Source: Leucoraja ocellata (Eukaryota). From it: a stretch of DNA of 64,000 nucleotides. Below are positions 36,453-48,941 of the stretch, piece after piece; position 1 is the first letter of the stretch; each line of letters opens with the position of its first letter. The notes under the pieces are model-generated. The model saw nothing but the letters and a program-made list of their open reading frames with translations. It was not told where the DNA came from and did no database searches. The stretch lies in contig JAWMAR010000384.1 of NCBI GenBank assembly GCA_036785375.1, positions 248,001 to 312,000 on the forward strand, in the 5' to 3' direction. A program made the position numbers and the translations under genes.

Positions 36453-38491
36453 TCATGAAACTGGAATAATAAATGTCTATTTTCCCCTATGTACCATTGC
36501 CCGATTTCATCTTTTCACAGATAGACACAAAATGCTGCGGTTGCACCCGTTGAGTTTCTCCAGCATTTTTGTGTACCTTAGATTTTCCAGCATCTGCAGT
36601 TCCTTCATAAACACAAAATGCTGCGGGTCGGGCTGCACCTTCGGAGAAAAAAAAGGTTGGGTGACGTTTCGGGTCGTCACCGCCACCCATCCCTTTTTTT
36701 CCAGAGATGCTGGTTGACCCGCTAAGTTACTTCAGCATTTTGTGTCTATTTTGGTATAAACCGTTCAGTTTAGTTTATTGTCACGTGGCCCGGTGTACAA
36801 TGAAAAGCTTTTGTTGCGTGCTATCCAGTCAGCGGAAAGACTGCATGCTTTCAATCGAGCCATTTACAGCGGACATGTAAAGGAATAATGTTTAGTACAA
36901 GGTAAAGCCAGCAAAGTCCGATCAAGGAGAGTCCGAAGGTCACCAATGAGGTAGATAGTAGTTCTGCACTGCTCTCTGGTTGTGGTAGGGTGATTCAATT
37001 GCACGATATGCGCTTTGCAGCTAAATTAGTAGTTGTGAAGTTCAGTCACTCAATTATGCCGGAAACAGTACGGTGCAGAGATATCTAACAGACAGCAAAA
37101 ATGAAGTGTGGGGGGGCGGGGGGGGGGGGGGGGGGGGGTACTTTAAGTCGTTTTGGATGATAAATAAATATCAGCTTGGCCATTTTTGGTTTCATGTTAA
37201 GAATTGCAGTGAATTTAGAGTTGATTCATAACACAAAGACATTGTTCATCGTATCGTTAGAAAATGGGCGATTATTGTTTCGTTAGAAAATGCATATATT
37301 TGATTTCGTGACTCTCTGACCCAGGAGCGGTTTCGGAAAGACAGAATGAGGGCCTGAAAAAAAATGGTGCATAAATGTATCTGTATCTTCGTGGTGAAAT
37401 ATGTACTCTGTATATTAGAGCTCTACCAGAGCGTGGCTGCAATGGTCAGCGAGGTTGAGAAACTGTGGCTGTGATTTGTCCAGAAACCTCGAAAATCAAA
37501 CTCTATTTTTGCCACTTCCATCAATATTAGCGTAGAAATCCAGACAGAAAGAAGCAAACGCAACTGATGGTGAAATGGATACTAAATATTGCAGCTCAGT
37601 TGTAGCCAGAACAGTTGAAAATATATTTCAATTTTGGATCTGTTCCATGTAAGTGCACATATCGCCGACGTCAGATTGAATGTCAGTCTTAAAACCATCC
37701 AATACATGACACCGTGGCAGTTTCCATTTTGATTCTTCTTTTACTGTTTCCATCTTTACTTAACTTTACTGAAACTTTTTCCTTCCGCCCACAATATTTA
37801 ATATGTAAAATAATATGTGATTCTGTTTGTAGTTTGTTTGGTTGTTTGTTTGTTTGTCTTTTTGCACAAAGTCCGCGAGCATTGCCACTTTTCATTTCAC
37901 TGCACATCTCGTATGTGTATGTGACGAATAGAACTTGACCTTGACTTGACATCCATTCAGAGCCGCCTTTTCTGGCCCAAACACCGAAATGTTCCCAATT
38001 GCATTCGAAACAGACATAAACGTGTCTTTGAAGGGAGTCGATAGTTCCAAATATAAAAATTGGATTAGTTTGAATTGTTTTCTTATGTAAAACATCTATA
38101 ATTCATACATATTACGAAGAGGCTATTTCCCAAACTGTGGTCCAGTATTCTTTCCAGGGTTCCAGGCTGTAAAAGTGCAAAATGCATTGATGAAATTCGG
38201 TGTAGAAAGGAACTGCAGATGCCGGTTTTTATCCCGCCAAAGATGGGCGCGGAGTGCTGGAGTAACTCAGCGGGTCAGGCCGCATCTCTCGAGAAAAAGG
38301 ATGGGTGGCGTTCGGGTCGGGGCCGGTTTTAAAGAAGGATCCCGATCCGAAATGTCACCCATTCTGTTGGTCGAACATTGACAACTCTTTGCACATGTTC
38401 CCATTTGTAGAATAACAGAAGAAAGAGGCAATTTGATTCAGACGTTGATGTTATTCCCCATTTCACTTTCCTGCACTTGTTCTATTTTCAG

Positions 38492-38814
38492 CTCCGCGAT
38501 CCCCAGCGGTGTCCGTCCTCCCACCTTCGGAGGCCGAAATCTTGGGAAGGAGCAGCGCCACCCTGGTGTGTTTGGTGAGCGGGTTTAATCCGGGCGTTGT
38601 GGACATTGAGTGGAAGGTGGACGGCAGGGCGAGAAGTGATGGCGTTGAGACCAGCCGGATCCAGCAGGAGAAGGACAACACGTTCAGTGCGAGCAGTTAC
38701 CTGACTCTGCCAGTCACAGTCTGGAACTCACACGAGCTTTACTCCTGTGTGGTTAAACACGAGGCTCGGACAGGCCCGCTGCAGGCAAACATCGCGCGAT
38801 CCAGCTGCATGTAA
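38492..38814 (+). CDS. IGL: IgL cluster 3 constant exon (intact)
   Basis: Acceptor attttcag|C; TPRSPAVSVLPPS...ATLVCLVSGFNPG...WNSHELYSCVVKHE...ARSSCM*; 323 nt; ATTAAA 38907 and AATAAA 38982. Confidence 0.95.
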
Positions 38815-39303
38815 TCCAAGCAGTTTGTGTATTCTGTTTTGCTTCCTTAGAAATGTGTATCATCGTACTTAGACAATTACACAACGTTTTGTCTAATACA
38901 GTTTCAATTAAAACAGTTGTACGATTCTCACAGTGGATTCATTCAGAAGTTAAAACCATCAATGTATCTTTGTCGCAACGTAATAAAACTTCTATTATCA
39001 CCGGGTCCATATTTCTCCTGTATTTTTTAATATCTCTGACAAAATTGAATTCATATAAATGTTTACGATGCTGGTGAGTGATAAGTCGGGCAAAGTGTGT
39101 TTAAAATTGAGCCGGTTCATTTCATATCGTGGAAATATGATCATTGTCACTAGAACCAGGACACGTGGCTGAGAAATTCATGCAGAGAATAAAGGCAAAT
39201 TAAGATGTAGCCAGATAATGGAGGGAAGATGGGCAGATTGAACCTGGGGGGAGGGGGGGGGGGGAGAGGAGGCTCTGTGAGCATGTATCAGGAGCCGGGG
39301 GTT

Positions 39304-39344
<41 letters not shown>

Positions 39345-39732
39345 CGGGGAGCGAGTTTCGAGGCTCCTAGCAATAAATCAGACACGTACAGTCCATGAAG
39401 CGCCTTTCCTTACGGAGTTTCCCTGCGTATTCACAGTGTTATTATCTGCGTAATGCTGTTTGTTGGCTTGCGGTAATTTCCCTTCCATACACAGATTTCG
39501 TTTTCTGCCTTATTCACTAATGACTCTTCATTTTCCTGGCTTCCACTAAAGGTGACTACAGGCTCCTGACATTGGACGTCACTACCACCGCCACCCAACC
39601 CCACACGCTCAGGTCTCCTACCCCTGCTGATTGCCATCCTCCTGTGAACCTATACCCAATTCCCAGGCCCAACACATGCCCGTCTCTCTCTCCCTCTGTC
39701 CGCTATCATCTGACGTCTGCACTCCCAACTCC

Positions 39733-39980
39733 ATAGAAACAGAAAATAAGTGCAGGATGAGGCCATTCGGCCCTTCGAGCCAGCACCGCCATTCATTGTG
39801 ATCATGGCTGATCGTCCCCTATCAATAACCCGTGCCTGCCTTCTCCCCAGATCCCTTAACTCCACTAGCCCCTAGAGCTCTATCTAACTCTCTCTTAAAT
39901 CCATCCAGTGATTTGGCCTCCACTGCCCTCTGTGGCAGGGAAATTCCATCAATTCACAACTCCTGGGTGGAAAAGTTTTT
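39733..39980 (-). mobile_element. CR1 3' end (second subfamily)
   Basis: Near-identical to the 3' end of 44554-45183. Confidence 0.8.
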
Positions 39981-42209
39981 TTCAGGACATACTGAACCCC
40001 CCCCCCCTCCCCCCCATTAGCGCATTGTGATCCAGCACCTCACACCAGCTCCACCTCACTCTTCCTTTCCCCGATATCCTCCTCGTTGACACTGCGTGGT
40101 CTGTATTCAGCGAAACATTACTTTCTACCGCTGCGCCTGCACCTCGGTCCCTCCAGTTTATCAAGCTCCTCGCCCTACGTTTCAGCTTCTGTGCATATTT
40201 ATTGGACAAGGAATCCTCATCCTGAACTATGTATTTTTTCTCTCATGAGCCCAGAACACTTTTGCATTCGGACATCTCATTATCTTTTAACCCCAATTAA
40301 TCAATAAATGAAGAAACTACAGATGCCGGTTTACACAAAAGTACACCACAGTACTGGAGTAAATCAGTAGGTCAGACAGCATTTCTGGAGAACATAGATA
40401 GGCGACGCTTCGGGTCGGGAGCCTTCTTCAGACTTCTTGTAGTTGGGGTGCGGGGGCCTGGGAGAGAGGGGATGTAGACAGAGCGTGGGATGTGCCGGAT
40501 GGACACAAACTAGGGTGGATTTTGACAGGCAGATGATGGAGGTTATAGGCGCGAGTCCAGGTGACGTACAGGGAGGGGAGGGGGCGAAACGGGGGAGGGG
40601 CAGAACGTATGAGGGGAGGGGTGTTAGAGGTTATCTAAAATTGGAGAATTAATTACACTCCCACTCCCCACACCGCGCTATCCCTGTGCCTCAGCTGGAC
40701 GAACGCCCATTTCTCTCCTCTTCCTCCACATCTTTCTCCCTCCCTCCTCTACATTCCTTCCTCTGGCTTCACAATAATCTCTGACCTTTATTCCAAACAT
40801 CTGCCGACCAAAGACTCCCTCGTGTGTCCACCAGTCACTTGCCACGCCTTGTCCTGCCTCTCCTGTCTCCCAGCTTTCTCTACATCCCCCCCCCCCCCCC
40901 CCCCCCGCTCCCCCACCCTCACTACGTCACCTATTCATGTTCTCCAGAGATGTTGCCTGACCCGGGTAGTTACTCCAGCACATTGTGTCCTTTGACAAGA
41001 TTGACGTCATCTGAACAGGAATGTGTAGATATTCAGATTGTGGATTTTATTCAGCTGTTGTTACCTTCGGCATTACGCGATCCTTAGGTATTTACCAGAA
41101 TGTAAACTATTCGATATTTCTCATGAAATTAAGAAAACCAATATTTTGGGTTGATCATAAATAGTGGACATATTACAAAATTCAATTCAAATGGCTATTT
41201 ACAGACTTTCTTTCTCATATTAGGCATGTATATACCATACCAGATATAAACGTTCCATGCAATTACATTGCATTTTCAGCCCATTCTACGTTTTATTTTT
41301 TCTACATTCTGCTCCCTTCCTCCGTCTCCTTTCAACTACATCTCTACCTCTGGCTTCACATTTCACTATTCTTCTCCACTTACCTTACACCCATTGTCAC
41401 TTTTTTTAAACCACTGTCCAGTGCCAGTGATATCACGGGCCATCTACCAGTCAAAGCTGTTCCATCTGCATCCCATCTGTCACACCAAAGGCCTCTCGCC
41501 ACCACCCCACCCCCCCCCCCCCCCCCACCCCCACACACCACATTTTCCATTATCGCCGCCCCCCACCAGTCAGTCTGAAGAAGGGTCCAGATCCGAAACC
41601 TTGCCTATTCATGTACTTCAGAGATTAGGTCAGGTCGGGCGGAGTTCCCCCGCCACGGGTACCATGTAATCCCGTGCTATCTGCTCCTTGGTCGGAGAGT
41701 CGGTGACTAAATCGTCTCCCCCACCTGGTTTGTGAGATGGGGGGGGGGTGGACCCCCAGCTGGACCAAAAACAAGACCGGCCAAGGGGGGATGAGTTTCT
41801 AGTGAGCCAACGGCCATCACACTTCAGTAGAAGTTGCGATCACTGTCGGACATAGCAGTGTAAGGAATGATGATAAAGCACGCACACATCAAAATCCTAT
41901 ACTTCCGGCGGCGGAAGTCTGCAGGAGCTGGAGGACAGGGGATGTGCGGTGCGTCCGTCACCGTTCCAGTCGGAACCAGCACCCACTGTGTTTCTAATGT
42001 TTTCAACGATGATAAATAAAATAAAAATAATAAAAGAGATGAATACTCTGAGTTACCGAGTTACTCCAGCACTTCGTGTTTTGCCCATTCCACCTATCAG
42101 TTCAAGAACCGTATTTATGATTCCCAGGAAACTCCTCCTTCCATATTACATTTGATTCTGCTATGGTATCTATTTGTTCCTTCGTATAACACAAAACCTG
42201 TGCAAGTGG

Positions 42210-42409
42210 NNNNNNNNNNNNNNNNNNNNNNNNNNNNNNNNNNNNNNNNNNNNNNNNNNNNNNNNNNNNNNNNNNNNNNNNNNNNNNNNNNNNNNNNNNN
42301 NNNNNNNNNNNNNNNNNNNNNNNNNNNNNNNNNNNNNNNNNNNNNNNNNNNNNNNNNNNNNNNNNNNNNNNNNNNNNNNNNNNNNNNNNNNNNNNNNNNN
42401 NNNNNNNNN
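42210..42409. other. Assembly gap (200 N) covering the 3' half of GP1BB
   Basis: N run. Confidence 0.99.
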
Positions 42410-42754
42410 AGGAGCACGACAGGTGCTTATACGGGGATCGGTCTTCTTGTTTAAGAAGCCAAGATCTCAGGTATAAAATGTTGCAATCGCATGTCCACGG
42501 GTTATTGTCCAAAGCCACAGACCTCAGGTGATACAGGGTGTCGAAGAGCCCGTTGGGGATGGCAGAGAGTTTGTTGTTGCTCAGCCTGATTTCGGTGATG
42601 GTGTTCCCAAAGCGCCTGGAATGGTGCTGACATTCAGCTCCTGGCCGCTGCAGTCCACAGAGGTCCCTGTGCAGCTGCACGCTTCTGGACACTCGAAGAC
42701 AGCCACCCGAAGCAGGGAAAGAAATACAAGGAACGTTTCTCGCCGTCTCATCAT
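42410..42754 (-). CDS. GP1BB: Platelet/thrombocyte glycoprotein Ib beta, 5' part of main coding exon (one -1 frameshift near 42618; remainder lost in N-gap)
   Basis: Signal-like MMRRRETFLVFLSLLRVAVFE; LRRNT CPEACSCTGTSVDCS; single LRR IRLSNNKLSAIPNGLFDTL; LRRCT NPWTCDCNILYLRSWL...RSPYKHLSC (human GP1BB RAPYRDLRC). Acceptor ccatccgcag at 42764-42765. Lies directly 3' of SEPTIN5 on the same strand, as in other vertebrates. Confidence 0.85.
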
Positions 42755-43401
42755 TTTAATAACCTGCGGATGGAAGGGGTGGGGAACGTGGGAGAAAATA
42801 ACATGTTAGGCTGTAAAATAGATGGTGAAAGGGACGTTGATGTAAGGAAGACGCCGATCAGGATCTGGCTCACAAGTCAAAAGTTGAGCGCTTATCTTAA
42901 AATGGTTATTAAGTAATAGTCGAACCGGATGGGTGGGTGGGTGTGTGGGGGAGAGAGAGGGATGTGGAGGAAGCAATCATAACATTATATTCAACATTTG
43001 GTCCTTGTGTTTCAAAGTTTCATTTAGGTTGGGAGGATTTATTGCTCGGTCTGCAATATCTTTGGATCACCGAGGACTGTGCACCTGGCGGGAACAGACA
43101 TATCACTCGCGGCCGTAGCTCAGTAGATAACCCTCTGGTTTCCAGGCAGCTAGTCCATTGAACACAATTCAATAGAGAACAAATTGCACAATATTTTGCG
43201 ACACAATACATTTCCGAGGCTGGCATCTTGAGCAAAAAATAAAAGGCTGGAGGAAGACAGCGGGTCAGACGGCATTGGTGGATGAAAGGAAACATAGGGC
43301 TGGAGTAATTCAGCAGGTCAGGGAGGGACATGGATATGTGCCATTTCGGGTCGAGACCGTTCTTCATATCTGACACTAGTCACCCCCTGCATAGCGGTGT
43401 C

Positions 43402-43718
43402 ATAGAAACATAGAAACATAGAAATTAGGTGCAGGAGTAGGCCATTCGGCCCTTCAAGCCTGCACCGCCATTCAATATGATCATGGCTGATCATCCAACT
43501 CACTATCCTGTACCTGCCTTCTCTCCATACCCCCTGATCCCCTTAGCCACAAGGGCCACATCTAACTCCCTCTTAAATATAGCCAATGAACTGGCCTCAA
43601 CTACCCTCTGTGGCAGAGAGTTCCAGAGATTCACCACTCTCTGTGTGAAAAAAAGTTCTTCTCATCTCGGTTTTAAAGGATTTCCCCCTTATCCTTAAGC
43701 TGTGACCCCTTGTCCTGG
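43402..43718 (-). mobile_element. CR1 3' end
   Basis: (CATAGAAA)n tail on + strand; reverse complement of the 4309 family. Confidence 0.85.
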
Positions 43719-44553
43719 GGTTTGTTAAACGTTGACCAACTAACCTTTCGATCCTGCAGGGTCGTCACAGAATCACAGATGTTTTCCGTCTTGGGTGTAT
43801 TTCCCACTTCCCTTGCAAAGATACGGTTGCTTCTCCTCTACTGATACGCCAGGCAGGTTTGTCCCGCTGATCAGAACCAAAATACTTCTTTGTTAGTCGC
43901 CAACTGGAGAAGAGGCACAGACATAGGATCAAGATTTTTTTTTAAAGCAACACAAGGTGAAACGTGATTTGGAGATCCTTTGGGACATCGTTTTTCATCA
44001 CATAACCATTGACGCCACACCAAAAAAATCAATGAACTGGAATGCCAGGATAAGGCAGCAATACAACGAGCCAGTCACGTTTATACTTTCTACAAGATAA
44101 ATAAAAGATTTATACCACCGGTTCTTTTTTTTTTTAAGTAGATATGGTGCGAACCCCTATTTTATTCTGCATGAAACGTCTTTTCTGACTTGTATTCTGC
44201 AGCTGGTTGCATGTGTAAATTTAGTTGGAACTTTTGCGACTCCTTTAGGATATTCCACTCCGAAATGTTGTTTTCATAAGCATGAGGATTTTGCGGCGCT
44301 GCAGAGGCGGATTGGCGACCGACTGGGGTTGCATCTTGGCGCATCCACTGGGGAAACGATTTTAGGGAGCTGTGTCTTGCGGGGTTCGAGCGGACCCCTG
44401 CTGAAGCTACCAGGCGAATTTAACCGTTTCCAAGCACATGTGTGAGAAATCCCCCATAATTTGTCCAAGATCCTAATGTTTCGATTACAATAATAAATTT
44501 AACTGACATTTCATTGCTACACTACACGAATAAAAGGTTTTTTGAAGCATCAT

Positions 44554-45183
44554 ATAGAAACATTGAAAATAGGTGCAGGATGAGGCCATTCGGCCCTTCG
44601 AGCCAGCACCGCCATTCATTGTGATCATGGCTGATCGTCCCCTATCAATAACCCGTGCCTGCCTTCTCCCCATATCCCTTGACTCCACTAGTCCCTAGAG
44701 CTCTATCTAACTCTCTCTTAAATCCATCCAGTGATTTGGCCTCCACTGCCCTCTGTGGCAGGGAATTCCACAAATTCACTACTCTCTGGGTGAAAAAAAA
44801 TGTTCTCACCTCAGTCTTAAATGACCTCCCCTTTATTCTAAGACTGTGGCCCCTGGTTCTGGACTCGCCCAACATTGGGGACATTTTTCCTGCATCTAGC
44901 TTGTCCAGTCCTTTTATAATTTTATATGTTTCTATAAGATCATCCTTCTAAATTCCAGTGAATACAAGCCTAGTCTTTTCAATCTTTCCTCATATGACAG
45001 TTCCGCCATCCCAGGGATCAATCTCGTGAACCTACGCTGCACTGCCTCAATCACAAGAATGTCCTTCCTCAAATTAGGATACCAAAACTGTACACAATAC
45101 TACAGATGTGGTCTCACCAGAGCCCTATACAACTGCAGAAGAACCTCTTTAGTCCTATACTGAAATCCTCTTGTTATGAAGGC
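44554..45183 (-). mobile_element. CR1 3' fragment
   Basis: ORF 44645..44884 [34 protein letters not shown]. Confidence 0.88.
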
Positions 45184-46199
45184 ACATTTTACACCATTGG
45201 TAATCAAGCTTGTCCGTTAAACACTAATAAAAACAAAAATGCTAATTCAATTTAATTGTTTATAAATTGTTTATACTGGAACTTGCTTAATTAACCCCCC
45301 CCCCCCCTCTCCCATCCCCCCTCTCCCCCCCCTCCCCCCATCCCTCTCCCCCCACCCCATCCTTCTCCCCCCTCCCATTTACCTTTCAGTGTCTTGACTT
45401 ATATCCTAATGTTCAGCATGTCTTTTCTACCGTAAAAGACGAGACTAAATAAATGCACAGGCGTGTGCAAGCATTTCACACCAAAATAATTTTTTAAACT
45501 CCAGTTCTTTTCAGTTTTGAGTGACCTCGTTAGGACGTCACGGCGACAGATGATAGATGCTGCCCCAGTTGATAAAGGGGACAGGGGTGGCCGTAAACAG
45601 CTGGTTGGTTTGCAGCCCCACCCAGTATCGTGTTAAACGGCACGAAATCAGCAAAGCCCATCGAGTTCTCTCTTCTGTGCAATTTCCAGTTTATCGGCTG
45701 GCTGGCTGCAAATTCATTGTTTGGTTCAGTAATAATTCCGAGAAACACGAAAATATCTTATGGCCTGACACCATCCAGGCCAATCCGTACACAGCAAGCT
45801 GGGAAAAGCCGGCCAGTACAAGTTGGGACATGAATGAAAGTGTAAAACCTGTGACCTCCGATGTCCCACAGCCCTCTGTGTGGCTTCTTGCCGCTAACCG
45901 TGTGTCATTATCATCGGTTTTGAATAGTTGTTTGCTACCTACACGATGTGTATCATTCTGTGTAAAACACCAGTAAATCCTTACCGAATACTGGTGCTCA
46001 ACTCTGAATTCGGGAGGTAATGAGGGCCATGGACAAATACGGCAAATGCACCTAGCCCATCTTTGTCAGTATGGCCAGGGTGGGCTGAAGGGCCTGGTTC
46101 CGTGATGTGTAGCTATATGACTCCATAATTTCTGTCCAAGTTTATCTCTCCGTCCTTTTGTGCACCGCCACCCCCCCCCCCCCCCCCCCTCCTCAAACC

Positions 46200-48400
46200 G
46201 CACAGCAGAGTATCCGGCCCAGCTTGCTCATGCCGACAAAGGTGTCCCATCTACACTAGTCCCACCTGTCTGCATTTGGTCTATATCCTCTAAGCCTTCT
46301 CTCTCCATATACCTGTCCAAAAGTCTTTAAACTGTTGTTATAGTTACTGCCTTAACTACACCCCCCCCCCCCCCCTCCACCTGCAGCTTATTCCACATAT
46401 GCACCACCCTCTGTGTGAAAAAGTTGCCCCTCTGATTCCAATTAAATCTTTCCCCTCTCATCTAAAACCTATGGCCTCTGCATCTTGATTCCCCTCATCT
46501 GGCTAAAATACTCAGTGCATCTACCCTATCATTTCCCCTCATGATTTTGTACACCTCTAAGATCTCTTCTCATCTCCCTACGCTCCAAGGAATACAGTCC
46601 TACCCTGCCCAACATCTCTCTGTAACTCAGACCCTCAAGTCCTGGCATCTTCTTTGAAAATCTTGTCTGCACTCCTTTCAGGTTAACATTATCTTTCCTC
46701 TAGCAGGGTGACTGAAACTGAACACAATACTCCAAATGTGGCCGTGCCAGCACCTTGTACATAATATTTCAACTTCTGTACTCAATACCCGACTGTTGAA
46801 GGCCAATACACCGGGAGACTTCCTGACTTCTTGATCTACCTGTGACTCAATTTTCCAGGTACTATGTACCTACATTCCCTTGATCCCTCTGTTCTTCCTC
46901 TCCACAGAGCTCAACCATTTACTGTGAATGTACTGCCTGGTTAAATTTCCAAAAGTGCATCACCTCACATTTATCTGCATTAAAGTTGCCCAACTGATCA
47001 AGATCCTGCTGTTACCTTTGTTAACCATCTTTGCTATTCTACAATATCATCCACTATAGTCTCATCTGCAAATCCATCCAAATGATTGATATAAACTGAT
47101 CCATCCAAATGATTGATATAAACTTCACCCTCATTAACAATCAGTACGGGAGCACCTCAAGGCTGCGTGCTCAGCCCCCTGCTCTACTCTATGTGTCTAT
47201 TATTATTATTGTTGCACTGTTTTGTTTGTTTTTTGAGTATGTGTGTATGTGTATATACATATATATGGGTATGTTGTGAGCATGTGTACGTATATATACA
47301 CATTAAGCTTTTCTTTTTTCTGTCTCGTTTGTCATATCATACTGTGTTTGCATATTCAGTTGTGCTGCAGCACGTAAGAATTTCATTGTTCAATCTGGGA
47401 CACATGACACTCTTGACTCTTGACTACAGAGCAGTGGGCCCAGTGCCGATCCATGAGGCACACCACTAGTCACAGGTCGTCAGTCTGAAAAACAAACTTC
47501 CACAATCATTCTCCGCTTCCTTCCATGAAGCCAATTTTCTATCCAGTCAGCTAGCTCTCCCTAATCCCATGTGATCCATCATTCCAACCTGCCATGTGGA
47601 GCCGCATCAAATGACTTGCTGACATCCATAATGGCAACTTCCACTGCTCTGCCCTCAGCAACCTTTTTGGTTAAAGCTTCAAAAAACTCAATGAGATTCA
47701 TGAGACACAAACTCCCACGTACAAAACTGTGCTGACTATCCCTAATCAGTCCTTGTTTTAGTTTTTAGTTTAGTTTTAGAAGTACAGTGCAGAAACGGAC
47801 CCTTTGGCCCACTGAGTCCGCGCTGACCAGTGTCCATCTTCAATGCGGAAGACACAGAAACCCTACTAGAAACATGAGAAAAAAATGTGTTTAGCAAGAA
47901 CAAGGAATTGAGGAAATTAATATTGGTGAGCTTAAAAGCTGAAAAATCTGAAGGACCCAAAGATCTATATCACAAAGTTCTGAAGGACAAGCTATAGAGA
48001 TTATATATCTTCAAAATTTCTGTGTTGTGAACCTATTTCTTATAGTTCAAAAAGTGAAAATGTGACAACACTGTCCAAAAACAAGGATTGACTAGTCCGC
48101 TGGCTTAAGTGGTAAGGGATAATACTAGAATTTATAATAAATTATGTATTAACAAATATCATTGAAAAAATGAATCAGATTGTCAAAGTCAGGGTGACCT
48201 ATGAAAAGAAGATCACTTTAGTCTGGAGTTATTTGCGATGCAATGGAAGAACTGGTGAAGAGGAACCAACGGATATGTGGTAATTGGGTTTTTTATAAAT
48301 CCCACAGTGAAAATTGATCAATTAGAAAATTAGAGTACATGAAATTGTGAGCAAATACTGACAGAGATTGAGAATTGGTTATCAACAGAAAGCTGAGAGT
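46200..48400. mobile_element. Nest of older CR1 fragments with a short Rex1/Babar-like RT piece (~47125-47425)
   Basis: Degenerate CR1 similarity on both strands; STGAPQGCVLSPLLYS peptide at ~47145-47190 and a (TCTTGAC)n tail. Boundaries approximate. Confidence 0.55.
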
Positions 48401-48626
48401 GAGTATACATAAATCATTCTCATGTTAGACACAAAATGCTGGAGTAACTCAGTGGGTGAGGCAGCATCTCTGGAGAGAATCCTTCTCATGTTGGTGTGTT
48501 ACGACTGTTGGGATCCACTGAGGCTGCAGCTTGAAGTCTCATCTTCTCACGATCTATGTCAACAATTTGGCCGAGTGGACCAAATGACATATTTTAAAGT
48601 TTGATGTTCACGCAAAACTAAGCAGT

Positions 48627-48941
48627 GTCACGGTGGCGCAATGGTAGAGTTGCTGCCTTACAGCGAATGCAGCGCCGGAGACCGGGGTTCGATCCCGACC
48701 AGGAGTGCTGTCTATAGGGAGTTTGTACGTTCTCCCCGTGAACAGTGTGGGTTTTCCCCGAGATCTTTGGTTTCCTCCCCCACTCCAAAGGCGTACAGGT
48801 TTGTAGGCCAATTGGCTTGATGAATGTCAAAAATTGTCACTAGTGGGAGTAGGATAGTGTTTATGTGCAGGGCTCGCTGGTTGACATGGACCCGGTGGGC
48901 CGAAGGGCCTGTTTCCACGCGGTATCTCTAAACTAAACTAA
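48627..48941 (+). mobile_element. tRNA-derived SINE (V-SINE / HE1-like)
   Basis: A box TGGCGCAATGG, B box GGTTCGATCCC, central GGAGTTTGTACGTTCTCCCCGTG domain, CR1-like 3' end, (CTAAA)n tail. Confidence 0.8.

Noticed and set aside
39240-39350. Long poly-G/poly-C tracts (also 366, 6111, 37121, 40886, 45295) as G-quadruplex or switch-like regions
   Set aside because: Scattered through the whole window including non-Ig parts; lengths unreliable in assemblies; no repeat-unit structure.
42410-42754. GP9 or a VLR-like LRR receptor next to Ig genes
   Set aside because: Single-LRR layout, RSPYKHLSC motif and position 3' of SEPTIN5 fit GP1BB.
48627-48700. tRNA-like sequence
   Set aside because: It is the head of a SINE with body and tail, not a tRNA gene.
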